Shown here in pieces: positions 25,951 to 39,700 of a DNA stretch of 64,000 nt. The translations under genes were made by a program, and so were the position numbers. The notes below the pieces were generated by a model. The model worked only from the letters and a program-made list of their open reading frames with translations, was not told where the DNA came from and did not search any database. Origin of the DNA: Nymphaea colorata. Its lineage: Eukaryota. Location of the stretch: assembly GCF_008831285.2 (NCBI RefSeq), contig NC_045138.2:28830001-28894000 (forward strand). Direction: 5' to 3'. Position 1 is the first letter of the stretch; every line of letters starts with the position of its first letter.

Positions 25951-26721
25951 TGGGATATTTTGTTCAATTAACTTTTATGTTCTATTTTGCAAAGACTTCC
26001 AGGACAACAATATGCAGAAAGAATCGTAAGAACCCGGAATTGAGCGTGAATATTGAGTTTCTTGATAAAAGCGTTTTATGTTTCCTAAAATATAATATTG
26101 ATATAACATATTCGCTGCATGGAATTGGTCTTCAAGGCTAGATTGCATTAAAGAATACCAATTACGTCGATTGGCTATACGCGAATGCATGGAAAGACAC
26201 GCGGTTAGAATGTCTTTAACAGAAGAGCAACATATAGCTATTTCTTATGATTTAAAGACATGTCAACTATGTTATTTCATATAGCGGTTTAACATGAGTT
26301 AATACAATCAATATAATTAAAGAATAACGAATTCTGATATTAATATTTTGAAGCTAATAAGACGCTCAGTTTCGGATTCAAACCGACAATTGGAGATTAA
26401 CAAAAAGATGCATGTAAGTTGGTCTCAATTGGTCCGTGTCGCAGCTCTGAGTCGCAAGCAGTTGTTCACCAAAAGAAGAAAACGCCACCTTTCAGATTCA
26501 TAGAATTAAGATCAGACTCCCATCTCACCTTAAATCAATGTTTTTACCTCAGTGATCTTGTATGTACCCAAATGACACTAGTCTTTTTTAGATTGGATAG
26601 CAGATCGGAGGCTATCAAACGCAACCTGAGACATTTCAAACTGAGCGAAATCCTTTTGCTGCGGAGCGTCGCAGGGATTCATGGAGCTGTAGTAGACGGA
26701 GAGAGAGAGAGAGAGAGGGAG

Positions 26722-29700
26722 ATGCTATCTGCTTTATGCCCTTCGTCCATTTCACCAACTACCCACCCTCACCGGCAACCTTCTCAATCGGGAACATGTG
26801 CCCATCGGTTGAGAATCCGCGCAACTGCCTTACCGGAAGAATGTGACCGAGGTGCAGCAACGGGGTCGGGAACGAGTGCCAGAGGAAGGCGCCTTCTCAA
26901 AATCAGGGAGGAGAAGAGGAAGAGAGAGTACGACCGAATCCACAACTACCCAACTTGGGCAAAGTAACCAATGAACCCTCTCTCTTTCTGTCCCCTTCTG
27001 CAACCGGTGCTTGAATGCGACAGTTTATTGACAAAAGTAGGACGAAAAACTAATGAAAAGCTTAAACTTATTTCACGCGATAAACGGGTGCATTCAATCG
27101 CCTACGAAGGTCATTTTTGGTTAGTCTTGAATTGGGGTCCTTTATAAAGGTGAAATTTCTGCAACAGGATTCTGGAGGACGCTTGTAAGGATGATTCGGA
27201 GCTTCGGGCCGTCCTTGGTGATAGCATTGGTAATCCCGAGTTGATGAGGAAAAAGGTAAAGTCGTCACCCATACGCTTCTTCACTCTACCCTTCCTTTCT
27301 TCATTGTTATTGGTTTTGGCCTTCGAGATCTTCCTTAGGCATGTGATGAAGTTGGGAGTTGAAAAACCTGACTTTTCGGCTCTCAGCAGAAGTGAAATGG
27401 TGAAATTGTTGGTTGAAACCATGCAGGTCGAGGAAAGAGTTCGGAAGAAAGGCAGAGACATTCGCAAGTCTAAGACAGGCTCCATCGTTGCCTTCAAAGT
27501 CAGCTTCAGAGAGTAAGACGAAAAACTCAGCTTTTTAGTTTAAGAACTAGAGATCTGTAAAATCCAATTATTGGATAAATTTTATTGTTTTACGTGATAT
27601 TATGATTACTTTCATACGAATCTCGAACTCGTGAAAAGCAATATATTGCCATTTACATCAAGGGGAGCGACATTATATTGTCCATAAATTGTACTGGCCT
27701 CCCGTTTTGTTGTAGGTCGAGTCGTTCGATGATTAGAAACTCGTGAATCTTCCATAATCCACGCGTGCTATAGTGTGTCCAATACTATTATTGGCGTCAA
27801 CTTGAATGTCACAACTTGAGCTAAATTTGATGTTTTTGCGTCAAGAGGGGTGACTTTGTGGCGACAAAGAGTCGAATCATCTATAATGTGGTCACTTACT
27901 CGTCAAATTTCCATGAGTAATGCATTCTGCACAGAGAAGCCAACTGCTGCAGCGTGTGAACCGCAAACATGCACGCAGCTAGGTGCATTGGTTTCCTTTT
28001 TAGTGTGGAACTCATGAGAATTGGGAGATGATGACTTTTGAAGCTATAGGGAACTTGCTCTCGTAGGTTCAACTGACATCCCAAAGCGCATTTCACATGT
28101 CTGTGATGAAAAATAAACATTTAAAGGCCACAAATTGTTGCAGGATGATGTGATGTATGCACTTGCATGTATATGTATATGTGCATATGCATGTGTTTGG
28201 AAAGGTTAAAGTGCAAGTAACGATGCAACATCTGGTTGATTGATTAACTGCACTTGGTTGCCACGTATTTAGCATTTCACCAATCAGGCTTTGCATGGTG
28301 GTACTGAATAACCAATGGTAAAATATTTATATGCATTGTGAAGCATCTGTTTTTTATGTGTTAACCGCAAGTGCAACCCCATAATCAGTTAATTGTTGCT
28401 AAGCTGAATAAACATAAAAGGTTCAGTGAATGAAAGGCTCAAATATTGATTAAGATCTGTTGGTTGATCTTTGGTTGTGGGAATTGTACCTCCCCCTTCA
28501 TGGCATGTGGCTGTAGAACCGAGACACTCCATTTAGATGGCATCTTCAATATACTACATCTTGAATTTTGCTAATTTATCTTTTGTGGAAGTGAAAGAAA
28601 AGGAATAAAAGTGCTAGAGCATAGGAAACATAGGATTACTTAAAAATGTACACCTGGAACATCAAAATTTGAAACAAGTTCTAAGAATTTGCAGCTGCAA
28701 GGCCTCAAGTTTTTTTCCATTTAATTCATTTGCCCTTAAGCTATAAACCTTTCACTCGGGTTACTTAACCTTCGTTTGGCTACCTGCAGCTTCAATCTCA
28801 CGGATTCATATATATGGTTTGAACTATATGGTGCTCCCTCAGATCGAGATGTTGACCTCATTGGAAGTGTTAAGTATTTTTTAATCCATTTATTTATCAC
28901 TAAGTTCCTTAGAATCAGATTTTCTTAAAGAATGAATTCTACTTCCAGGTTATACAATCATGGTACGTGATGGGGCGACTAGGGGCATTCAATTCCTCAA
29001 ATCTGCAGGTTTGTTGATTATATGGAGTAGTTATGTATTTCCTTTATGCATTGTGTTTAACTAGATGACACCTTTAAAGGTACTCATTTATTTGGCAGTT
29101 ATTTTTTTATATTCCTTTATTGGTATCTATCTTTGAAGGGAGAGAGTTCCCTGCGACAGTATTTGTTCTTTAGGGGCTGTTTGATCGGTGGTAATGTTTT
29201 GTGCTAGGGAAACCTTTTGCAAGTGAAAATTTGAGGGAAGTTTTTCCCTCATTAAAAAAAAAAATATTTTGCCTTCTTTTAAGGAGGGTAAAAGTTTTGA
29301 GTACTTATGTCATTTTTGTTAGTTTTTTGGTTTTAGACATTATAAATGACCCAACCTTTATTTTTTTTTCTTTTCTCTGTCAAATTTGGCAAACACAAGC
29401 TTTTGCCTCCAGTAAGATAGCACATCAAGTTCTCTGGGAGAGTATAATTTTATGCGAACTTTTCCTTCCTTCGTAAGTGCATTTTGCTCCAACTCGTCTG
29501 TTCCTCTTATTACTGCTCTCTAGAACATTACCAATTTACGGAGAGTAAGCAATGAAGACAAGTTTCCACCTGCTTTATTTTGGCATATGTTAGCAACCTG
29601 GTGAGGGTCACTCTAACTGGGCTGGGTTAGGGCAGTGCATGTGGGTGAGTAAGCAGGTGGAAGTTAGCAAGTGGTTGCTAACAATGGTATCAGAGCTAGT

Positions 29701-32700
29701 CTCCTACAGCCTCCTGATGGAGGACGTTGCAGATCATTTGGGTCGGATAGATCGATGGAAGGTGAAATTAGAAAATTATCTTGATAGGATCTATCAACAG
29801 ATGCTTGACATCGACCAGAAGCTACAAGTGATTTGCTTGGGGCAATGCGTTCTCAAGGAGCTGCTGCTGCAGTTGCTTCACCAGGACCATGATGGTTCTG
29901 AGCAGATACGGTCTAGGATGAAGAAGCAAGGTAACCTTCTAGATTTATCCATGGAAAATGCTGCAGAGATTAAGCCCTGATCCAAAGCAGAACCTAGAAA
30001 CATCCACACGCTTCTTATTGATATGGATGAAGTTGAAGGCATTCTAAGAGAGGAGTTGATGAGGGGTTCACTGGTGAGGGAAAGAAGCACGAAGAGAACC
30101 GATTAGGAATGGAGATGCTCTCACATATTTCCCTATTTCCACGCCAACCAGGTATGAAAATCTCTTTGGAACTCCATAAAAACCCAGTTATGCAGCAGAA
30201 AATTGCTGCACATGGCAAAACTTCCAAAGATGGAAGTCTCAGTCTTCTCTATCGGGGATCCTGTTCACTGGGCACTAAAGGATAGACTCCATGTAGAGGA
30301 AAAGGGGCATCAGGAAGATGAGGCCACACAATGGGGGACATGGCGCAAAACAGCAACCTAGAAAACCTCCATGGCTGGATCGACTGATGTGCAGACCAAG
30401 GTGGCCATACTCATCTAGGTTGAAGTTTGCCCAAGGTAAGAAGTGAGAGTCGAGGAACTGCTATATCATGGGCACAGCATAGGAGTTTGATGGGTTGCAC
30501 GGAGATGACAATAGCTTCTTGGAGAAGACTCCTCTTAACATCCACTGGTGCGCGATCTTCTCAGTTGCTGGTTTTCTGCAACATGCACTTGCAGAGGAAC
30601 TCTCTCAGTCTGCTTCTGCTACTCATATGATCAGTTACGTGTGGGAGCATTTACGAGGAGCAACTGGTAGCTCCATCGAAAAAGTAGAATTCTTTTCAGC
30701 AATGGGAGATCTTTTGTTAACACGAAGGGATGTTGAAATCTGTTTAGAGGACCCCAGAAGCACTCGATCTATGTTAGGATACCTCATAGATCCAGACAAC
30801 AACCTTCCTACTAAAATCCCTTTCTCATTGTGCAGGGCGTGGCATATGGACAACAAAATTGAAAGCAGAGAATTTATTAAAGATGCTTATGTGAAACTTT
30901 CAGAAATTCATGCTACCATGGGAGATGCCTCCCATGATATCACGCTGCTGAACTTAGGCATGAGGACATTCCTACCAACAGTTCAAGAATTTGAGAAGAT
31001 CTACCAGGTGCTGATTAGGGGGTTGCAAGAGCTAAGGGCAGGAGTCCTCCCTAAATTAGCTGACTATCAGAAGAAATGCGATGATCAACATCTCATCTCT
31101 GTTTTGGATTGTATTCTTCAGGAAGAAGCCCATTTCATTTGTCACTCAGGGGAGCAGGACATTCCAATTAGAAGGGGCACACCTTGCTTACAGTGCAATG
31201 AATGGATGAAGCATTCAGCCCTGTTGAGTGCAATATTACTATTTAAATTTTCAGGGAAATCTGGACTGAGTGTGTTTGGAGCATTGACTAGGTTGGTAGC
31301 AGGGTTACAAATGGGATCGCAAAGCTTCTTGAAGAGTGACCAACCTGGTAGAAATGGCTTCAGGAATTATGGGAAGCCAACTGGGACAGTTCCAAATGTC
31401 TCCGCGCACAAACCTTTAGAGGATGTTGCAATATTAATAAAGGGGGATCAACACAATGGCTTAGCTGTGAGGCCCACTAGCTACTTCCTTAGAAGTGCCA
31501 TCTTACACATAAAACGTAGCCCATGCCTAAGAAGTGCTGAAGCGTGTACGATGGAGATCAGAGCATCTCATAAGGCAGTTCTGTTTAATCGATCAATTAG
31601 TACACACCTACCATGCAGGATCATGTTAATATAGAGAATACCCCTGTGGAGATCTCATGTTTTGAATCAAGCCCCCAAAACAGGTCTCCGCTGCCGCTGT
31701 TAAAACCTGATAGCATACACAAGTCAAGGAAGGAGAAGCTGATCTTCAAGTGCGCCCTTGCATTATCAAGACCAAGGTTGAGCCAGGTCTCACAGCTGCT
31801 GGCTGCCCTCCTTGTTTGGCTGAAACCAAAGGAGGAAGCTTTCTCAGGCAGCATCTATTCTATGCTCCCACCAGTTATTGTATACTCACACCCTGAAGAC
31901 AAGGTGTTCTTCGAAGGAGGGAGTAATGTTAGCAACTGGGTCATGGGTAATACATATGCAGGTGGGGCGGGTCCTTTAGCAGACCCTGTACTAGAAAATT
32001 ATAAATGTGTGGGGTGGGTTTGAGAAGGATTATCAATGTAATAGGGATTTTCCTCTGGTGAGGGTCGCTCTAACTGGGTTAGGGTAGTACGTGTGGGTGA
32101 GCAATTTCCTGTAGCAGGTGGCTGCTAACAGCATGTTTCGCGTAGATAGCTGAAATTCTCTCTCCTTTTTATGTGAAGCCTCTTTCCTGGATGTGTTCCT
32201 TGCTTCATGCCAAAACCCCTCCTGTTGGAGGGGGTTAGAACTTAGAACGAAAGAACCTTTTTTCTACTTCTACAACCATGGTAACTCCTTTCTATCCAAT
32301 TGTGGGCATATGATAATTTCATTCATGAATTATTAGACAAGATAGATTAATTAAATAAAAAATAAAAGCCATCGAGTCACCTTTACCAAGCTCTTCAACC
32401 TATTCTGAAGCCAGTAAAACATTATATTACAAAGATTTTTTTTATTCTATTGAACGGCACCTGCTTTGGCGTACACAAGGAACAAGAAAGTAAGAAAGGA
32501 ATTTCTTTTAGGTCAAGGGATTATTAGATTTGTTAGGTGTAGCAACTAAGCACAGTTGTTTTTATCCATGGAATTGCAGGGGATCTTGGTTATGTCTACA
32601 AGGTGTCTGCTATATAGCTTCTGGAGTGTAACCAACATAACTGGCAAAGATTTCATGTGAATAATTTTTTTGAGCGTATTTGTCCAAGCAATAATTTCTC

Positions 32701-34370
32701 TTTTGAAACTACTCTGCAACAATGCTTTCATCTCCTAAAAGTTTTTGTGTGGTCAATTGTAACTGCTTTTGGTGCTGTCAGTTATTGTGTTTGGATTAGG
32801 AATAAGCTCAGCAATGTAACAAAATCACATTTTTTTTATCTGATTTGGAGGGCAAACGAGAGCTCCTAAAATTGACATTTTGCCTAATACATCAGGATTA
32901 TGTTTGAAGAATAACCTAAGGCACCAAATTTATTGCAAGTTGTAGCATATTGAGCATGCTTACTTTGGTTTGTCAAACATCTTTTGGTGTTTACCTTGCC
33001 CTTTCCATACCTAATCAGTTTGTGATAGAACATGCTTCTAATAACTGTGCAATGATATCCAGTTAGCAAGTGCATCCATGGACTATGATCCACTCTATGA
33101 TGCGGACAAGGGAGCTACTGTAATGCCATCCTCGTTCCATGATATCAGTGACGTCGAGTTTCAGGACAACTGGGGTCGAGTGTGGTACAGTCTCAAGGAC
33201 TAAAGAATCACTGATATATATATATATAAATAAATAAATAAATAAATATATATATATGTATGTATGTATACACATATTTATGTTATATATATATAGATTA
33301 GTTTATAAAACATTTGGACTAAATAAATATGATGATCATGTGAACTGATTATAAGTCCTTGATCAACTTGATTGAAGATTTACAAAGTGCCACATGTAAA
33401 GTTGTTTTTGAAAGTCAAAGTAGTCATTATCATTCACCTATGTAGAAACACACACCAAGATGGAGAGAAAGAGAAGGAACACACAATATACGTGGAAAAC
33501 CTCAAAGAGATGTGAAAAACCACGGAGAAGCTCTAACCTAGGTGCACAACCGCAACCCTAGGAGAGAGAAAATGTTATTCCACTTAATTCAACACTTACA
33601 CATAAGTGACAATATATAGAGGGAGAGAGGAGAAGCCGCCTAGGGTACCGAGCCCACCTCGGTACCCGCGCCCCATAGAACTGGGTCCAGATATGGACCC
33701 GGTTCCCACAACAACATATTCTAACACTCCCCCTCAAGCTTGGCATACATGTCAAACATGCCAAGCTTGCTAACATTCTTTTCGAATGAAGAAGTACAAA
33801 GCCCTTTAGTTAGGACGTCTGCAACTTGATCTTCAGACTTCATATATGGCAGAATCAGCTCCTTTGAGTCAATGCGTTCCCGGATTGTCGGTGCACCATA
33901 GAACCGGGTCCAGATATGGACCCGGTTCCCACAACAACATATTCTAACAACCTATTTGAAAATTAACTTCAGATGTGGCACCTTTTAAAACGATTAATCA
34001 AGTTGATCACTTTCGTATTTACTTAGTCCAGATATTACAGATATATAGAATTCTGATTGCTCTTGCATAACACAACTCACTGCTGTATTCATCTGATCTG
34101 TCACTTAACAGGGTTGATCTTGGAACATCTGACTATTTTGCCATTGATGTGTTGCTCAATTGTTTCACCGTGCTGAGCTCAGAGTAGGAGCTTTCTTGCC
34201 TTTACCATTAGCCTACAGAAGTCTCTTTCTTCTTCTCACTGTATCTTCTGTCATCCATTTTCAACAGATATCTTGGAATCCAACAGGTGGTTTTTGGTGG
34301 CCAGAAAATAGGTGATTGGGAGGAAGGCATGACCGACCCTGATTATGGGTACAAGTATTTCAAGATATGA
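26722..34370 (+). CDS. DUF3531 family protein, probably plastid-targeted, 8 exons, 283 aa
   Basis: Exons 26722-26963, 27168-27255, 27427-27512, 28790-28868, 28949-29008, 33063-33184, 34112-34183 and 34268-34370 (852 nt, all GT-AG). Ser/Thr-rich transit-peptide-like N-terminus. Motifs KVSFRDFN..YIWFE, SWYVMGRLGAFNSSNLQ, FHDISDVEFQDNWGRVWVDLGTSD and DWEEGMT..YGYKYFKI. Confidence 0.9.
29588..32130 (+). mobile_element. Non-autonomous LTR retrotransposon (Gypsy-like ends), copy A, in DUF3531 intron 5
   Basis: 5' LTR 29588-29683 (TGTTAGC..GCTAACA, internally deleted). tRNA-iMet PBS TGGTATCAGAGC at 29685-29696. PPT GAAGGAGGGAG before the 3' LTR at 31927-32130. TSD GCATA/GCATG. Internal ORF pieces (29717-29980, 30495-31634, 31613-32023) lack PR/RT/RH/IN motifs. 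Confidence 0.88.
33311..34035. mobile_element. Long-TIR (Mutator-like) MITE in DUF3531 intron 6, interrupted by a Copia remnant
   Basis: The left arm TGGACTAAATAAATA..TGATCAACTTGATT..AAAGTGCCACATGTAAAGTT is the inverted counterpart of the right arm AACTTCAGATGTGGCACCTT..AATCAAGTTGATCA..TATTTACTTAGTCCA. It is flanked by TA-rich sequence; the TSD was not resolved. Confidence 0.65.
33441..33949 (-). mobile_element. Internally deleted Ty1/Copia remnant
   Basis: Perfect TSD ACCTA (33436-33440 and 33950-33954). Complete 3' LTR 33441-33726, PPT, and RNase H C-terminus ([44 protein letters not shown]) fused to only about 60 bp of the 5' LTR (33889-33949). Confidence 0.92.
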
Positions 34371-36783
34371 CGCCCTAGTGTAAACGAGCTTTTAGCTGCT
34401 TAGTATCAGAAGGAGAAAATGGTTGAAGGAAGTCTGTGCGGTATCTGCAGATTTGTCGGTGTATACAAGGCCAGTATCAGTAGGAGGAAGCTTGTTGGGG
34501 TCAATTAATTCCACGTCAGTAGGAGAAAGGTTGTTGCAGTCAATCAGTACCACTCCCCCTTGTTTGTCAGTCGATTCATGGCACCCTAACTTTGGCCGCG
34601 TCAACTGCTGCAGCATTGTTTACTATTAATGATAATTAGCATAGGAAGAAGAAAATGGCATGCAAGGGCAATCTTTGTTTCTCATCGTGTTGGATTGAGT
34701 GATCATGGGAAATTCCATTTTCAGTTTCCAGGTGGAAGTGGCTGGAAAATTCAAGCAGCACATAGAATAACTTGCACAGAAAAATTAATGTTTTTGAGCT
34801 TCCTGATTATAGCGACTCGTGCACAGAGAATGAATATTTTGATGGATCCTAGCTTGTTCCTTCTGCCACTTGTTTCCCTCTGCTGGCGATTGACAAAGCA
34901 AGAAGCATGTTCACTTTTCATGGTTGAAGTTAGCCTGTGCGGCTTCCACAGTTTTGTTGGTGTACATGAAGCCAATATCAGTAGGAGGAAGCTTGTTGGA
35001 GTCAATCAGAAAGCCAGAAAGGTTGAAGATTGTTCACTTTTTATATGTTCGTTCACTTTTCCTTTTCAGACAATCACAAGTCTGCTCCCGTTTCCTCATT
35101 CTAATAGCATTATAAACATAAGATCTTCAAGTGCAAAATCGTTCCTGATGCAGGAAGCTCACCTTTCTCCAATTATGTTTTGGAGACTTAACTCCAAACA
35201 AGTAAATGGAAAAGCAAAATTCATCCTTCCATATTTCTCATTAATTATCACTAGTTACTTTCTTATATGTGTCATCAATCAATTTTGTGACAAAATTTTC
35301 TAATGTCATCAATCAAGCATTGTTGTATGCATTGGCCCTATCAACCCATATGCATTGGGTTGGAACTTAACAAAAGCAAGGTATGGGCCAAGACTCGTCC
35401 TAATGACAAACAGGACACAGCACACAGGCTGGGTTAGGACTGGGCCTGGCCGTTCGAACCCGGCCTGACTTAACCCCTCAGTACTGAAAACATGAACTTG
35501 GTCCGGTAGCTCAATTCAGGTCGCACAGCTAAGCTGAGCTTTGTGCCAAACTCAAGTTGGTCTGTGACAGACAGGACCCAATACTGCGCTTGGGTCGTTC
35601 AGCCTTCAATATAAACTAAAATAGGTTGGTTCTGTCACAACTAGCTAGCAAATGCCAGTGGCTGAGAAAGTTGCGGGGGCTTGTGTTGTCAATTGCCCAC
35701 ACAGGTCCACATAAAGTGTTTGTTTATGTATTAATGCTTCATAGTCATTTTCTTATTTACATATTGGTGTCTTTCAAATATATAAAATCGGAAATGTTGG
35801 TGCCGTTTTGCTAGAAATTTCTGGCCCTGCTGCTGCTGCTATATGCTCATACCAGATCTAACGCACTACAATGAGTTGGTTCAACTTGCACTTTGGCACT
35901 CGAAATAAAAGTTCAATGCCAAGCTCATTTTATTGTCTTATAAAATAGAAGTTTATCGATGGACTGAACCATGATGCAGGGGCTCCTTGAGTTGAAAAAG
36001 GAAAAAACAGAAAAAACTTATGCTAATTGCATTTTTTTTCCGTGAAAATAAATACTTCGGTTGCCCCAGTTTGGACATTTTAACAACCCTGAACTTTAGA
36101 ACTGTGATAAAATCTTGTTTTATCAAATATCATTTCTCATAAAGTCAACAACATATGTCACATTTTTATTGCTAAACTTAGCTAAATGAGATTAAAACAT
36201 TAACACCTAAAACGCCATTTGCACATAATTCACGAGCTTTCACATTTTTTTTAACCAAACGGTTCACCTCCGCCTCCCGGATGCTGCCCCGTTATGAACC
36301 GTCGACGCCGGAAATCCACGACACAGATTTTTCGTGTTCGGTACAGAAGCTGAGGCGTGCATCTTGGGAGGCATGATGGACGGCTGATATAAAAAATGCC
36401 GAAAGTACATGAGTTCGCAACGCATGACATCAGTCCTCTACAAGTCCCCGGCGCACCGACCAGACGTCCACCTGAAGGAAGGTTGCCTAACTGTCTGAAC
36501 CAAGAAACGAACCCGGATTGGGTCCCCCCGGACGCACTATAAAATTGAGAGAGTAGCGCCTTGTAAATTTCCCGCAAAATTCGTTCCCCGGCTTCCCCCT
36601 TCAGCCGTACACATTCCGGCGACTCCCAGAAACTGTGGGTGCCAATTCCGTTGTGTGGCTGGAGAACCTGAAGGACCACTTCCATGTGCTTGTGAAGTTT
36701 GGGGAATGCTAGGAGATTTCGGTGGTTTGATTGTCGGATCGGAGATCTAGGGTTTGGCCTAGTTTCCGCTTTTTTTGCTGGCG

Positions 36784-39700
36784 ATGGGCTCCTGGCTTAA
36801 GGCCGCGGAAGGTATGAATGCGGCTAGATTCTGTAACGTAGCGAGGAAATTGTTGGAGATATTTTTCACTTTAGCACCATGCTCTGCTTCTTTCCTTTTG
36901 AGTTTGATTTTCTTGTATTTCCTCTTCTTTCATTTTTTGCTTATACGTGGAGGCAATGAAGCTACAGTTTAAAAAGATTTTGGTGCATCGAATTTGTTAG
37001 ATCTGGTAGATATGACATGTAGCAGAAGCTTTAATCTTGTTATTCATTTACGTTTCCGCCGAAGTAAGGTTAGTGTTGACGGAATTTTAAGATTTATGGA
37101 CATCGATCTCCAGGTGATGCGTCTAAATTTATTTCATACTTATTCTAGGAAACATTAATTTTTTCCCCTTTTAATAATTTCTGTTCCTATTTCGATAGTG
37201 GAAAATGCGTTTGGCTTTGGGTCTACGAAACTTACTTCGTGTTGGGTCTTGCTGTATCGCATTTGACGTGGATTGAATCGGGAAGGCAATCTCTTGTTCC
37301 TCGCAATGATCTTTCAATTGTAGGAGTGAAACTGCTCATTCGTCAGTTTCTAGGAATGCTCCTTCGTCATTATTGTTGAAATTTGAAGCTGAGTTAAAGA
37401 AGAGAAGAAAAAAAAAATCTCCATTTAGGCGATGATCTGAATATTTTTTCCTATTTATACCTGCTGTTCAGATGTATTACTCTAGACCTTCTGCAGCCAT
37501 ACCAGCTGGTGATTCTGGTCTAGTTGTTCGTATCCATTAGATTCTTGTGGTTAGTCATGGTCAACTCATCCAAGTTGTCGAGAACTTCTTCTGGGCTCTT
37601 TGTTTCAGTTGTTCTTTTATTCTCCGACAAGAGTACCGTCCATCTGGCTATGAACTTCTGCCTATGACCCTCAAGCTGAAGGGAGCAGATAATTCAATAC
37701 CCTGGGTGTGTCTCTTACCATAAGCTGGTTGGAATCTGCCTCCTGTTTGTCTACAAGAAGAAAAGTTCTTTTATCCTCCTCTAATGCTGTAATTGGGCAA
37801 TAAAAAAATTTGTTTCTTGAGGCATGTAAATTAAATTTGAAAAGGTAGAACACAAACAGCACTAAATGGTCCTTCTTTTGGCATCCATTACTTGAACGGT
37901 TAAGGTGATAACTTTTCGTGGCCTTGTATCCAGATTTATTTGAAGTTGTAGATCGAAGAGCAAAGTTGGTTGTGCGTGAGTTGGGAGATGAACAACCTGA
38001 ATCCTCTCCAATAGGTATGTAGGCTAAAACCAAATGCAACTGTTTCAGGTTATTTCCATCTGATGGCAGCAAAACCTGGAATTTTTGTCTAAATGTTATT
38101 CTTCCATAGGGTTTCTATTATAATTTATATGCTAATTCTTCAACTTTCTTTACTTTCTTCATTTTTTGCTTGGATCGAGAGCAGTGACGGGGAAGGACGT
38201 GCGAACTTTGAAGAGGAAACCAAAGAAGAAGGTCTTCAGTGAATCTCTTACTTTTATTTCTGAAGAAACTTCATTTTCTCTTGGATGATCTATTTAATTT
38301 GCTTCCCATTTAAATTTTCAGTTGTAATCTGAGTTATTTCTTTTGCAGGGTCAGTCAGAACGTGCTAGACCTGAATCTCGTGGGCCAAGTGATACTGTAA
38401 GACTAAGAGAGAAAGACAATGAACAATTCTCAGCATCCAATGGAAACAGCAACAAGGCTGAGTCTCTTCATTCTGAAACTAAAGAAACCATTTTGGACCA
38501 TTTTGTTGCTGATTCAAGAACAGAACTTTCATCCGATAATACTATAGAAAATAATCTTGTTGGACCATCAGCTGCTCCTTTGTTGGAGGCCCCAGAAAGT
38601 GATGCCAATGAGTCTGTTTCTGTTGCTGGTACAAATCAGGAAGGTTTAGATCATGAAAAGAGTGAAGAAGCTGTTGCTTCATCTGAGTCGTCCAATGCCC
38701 CTGCACCAAAAGAAAGTCCAGTAGTTTTATCCCCTACGTTCAAATCTAAAACTATTGAACTAGAAAATGGGGAGCATCAAGCAGATGGTGCAAAAGAAAC
38801 CAAATTAGCAGATGAAGAGCCCAGCTTAAAGACAGAGGCAAAGAAACCTGAAAATGCAAGGGTGGAAATGGATGCTGAAAATGTGCAAGCGAAAAGTGTG
38901 ATGGAAATTACAGAAGAATCTGCCTTGAAAAAGCAACAACATGAAAAGGATCCTTCTGTTGCTAAAGTTCAAGACCAACTGGATGAGGTGATGGTGTCCC
39001 AATTATCTGTAGTAAATTATTGATTTCTGTTGCTACATTAAATACTTGGATCACTTGTATGTTTTCTGAATGATCATTTGGTTCCTTACAGGCGCAAGGT
39101 TTGCTCAAAATTGCAACATCTACTGGGCAATCTAAAGAAGCAAGGCTAGCACGGGTAAGATAGTATATGATTATGACATACCTTGGTATAATTTTATGAT
39201 GGCATTTTGGAACCCAAACCTGGCCGTACAAAAAAAGTTGTAGATAATCAGTATGTGCAACTTCTTCTGTTTCTCATTGTTAGCTGAGATAGTGGTTGGA
39301 TTGCAGGGTTTTATTAATCTTGTGCGTGTGATAGGCACGTAGATACTGTTTTCATTGACTGTTTGTGCAACACAGTAGTTGCTCTTATTCGTCTATCCCA
39401 TAGCTAAATATAGACACTTTTAGACTGATTTTAGGAAAATTTCTTGCACATTTTGTTAGTTTTTTTCCCTTTAGTGATGCACTTCTTTTCCTAAGTTACT
39501 CAGCATTTCAAGTACAGAACAGATCACCCTCCTGAATGATTGGTTCTTCACATTGTGGGTCGACTAGTTCATTTAATTAGAGAACCTTTGGAGGATTTCC
39601 AGTTTAGAAAAAGGTTTTTCTACAGTTGCTATGGTAGGAATATCATTTTTTTATCTTGATGTCAACTCAGGGTATTTGTGTTAGGTCAGTGGTGGAGCAA

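Noticed and set aside
34629..35303. 224-aa plus-strand ORF after DUF3531
   Set aside because: No recognisable motif, UTR-like composition and no supporting exon structure.
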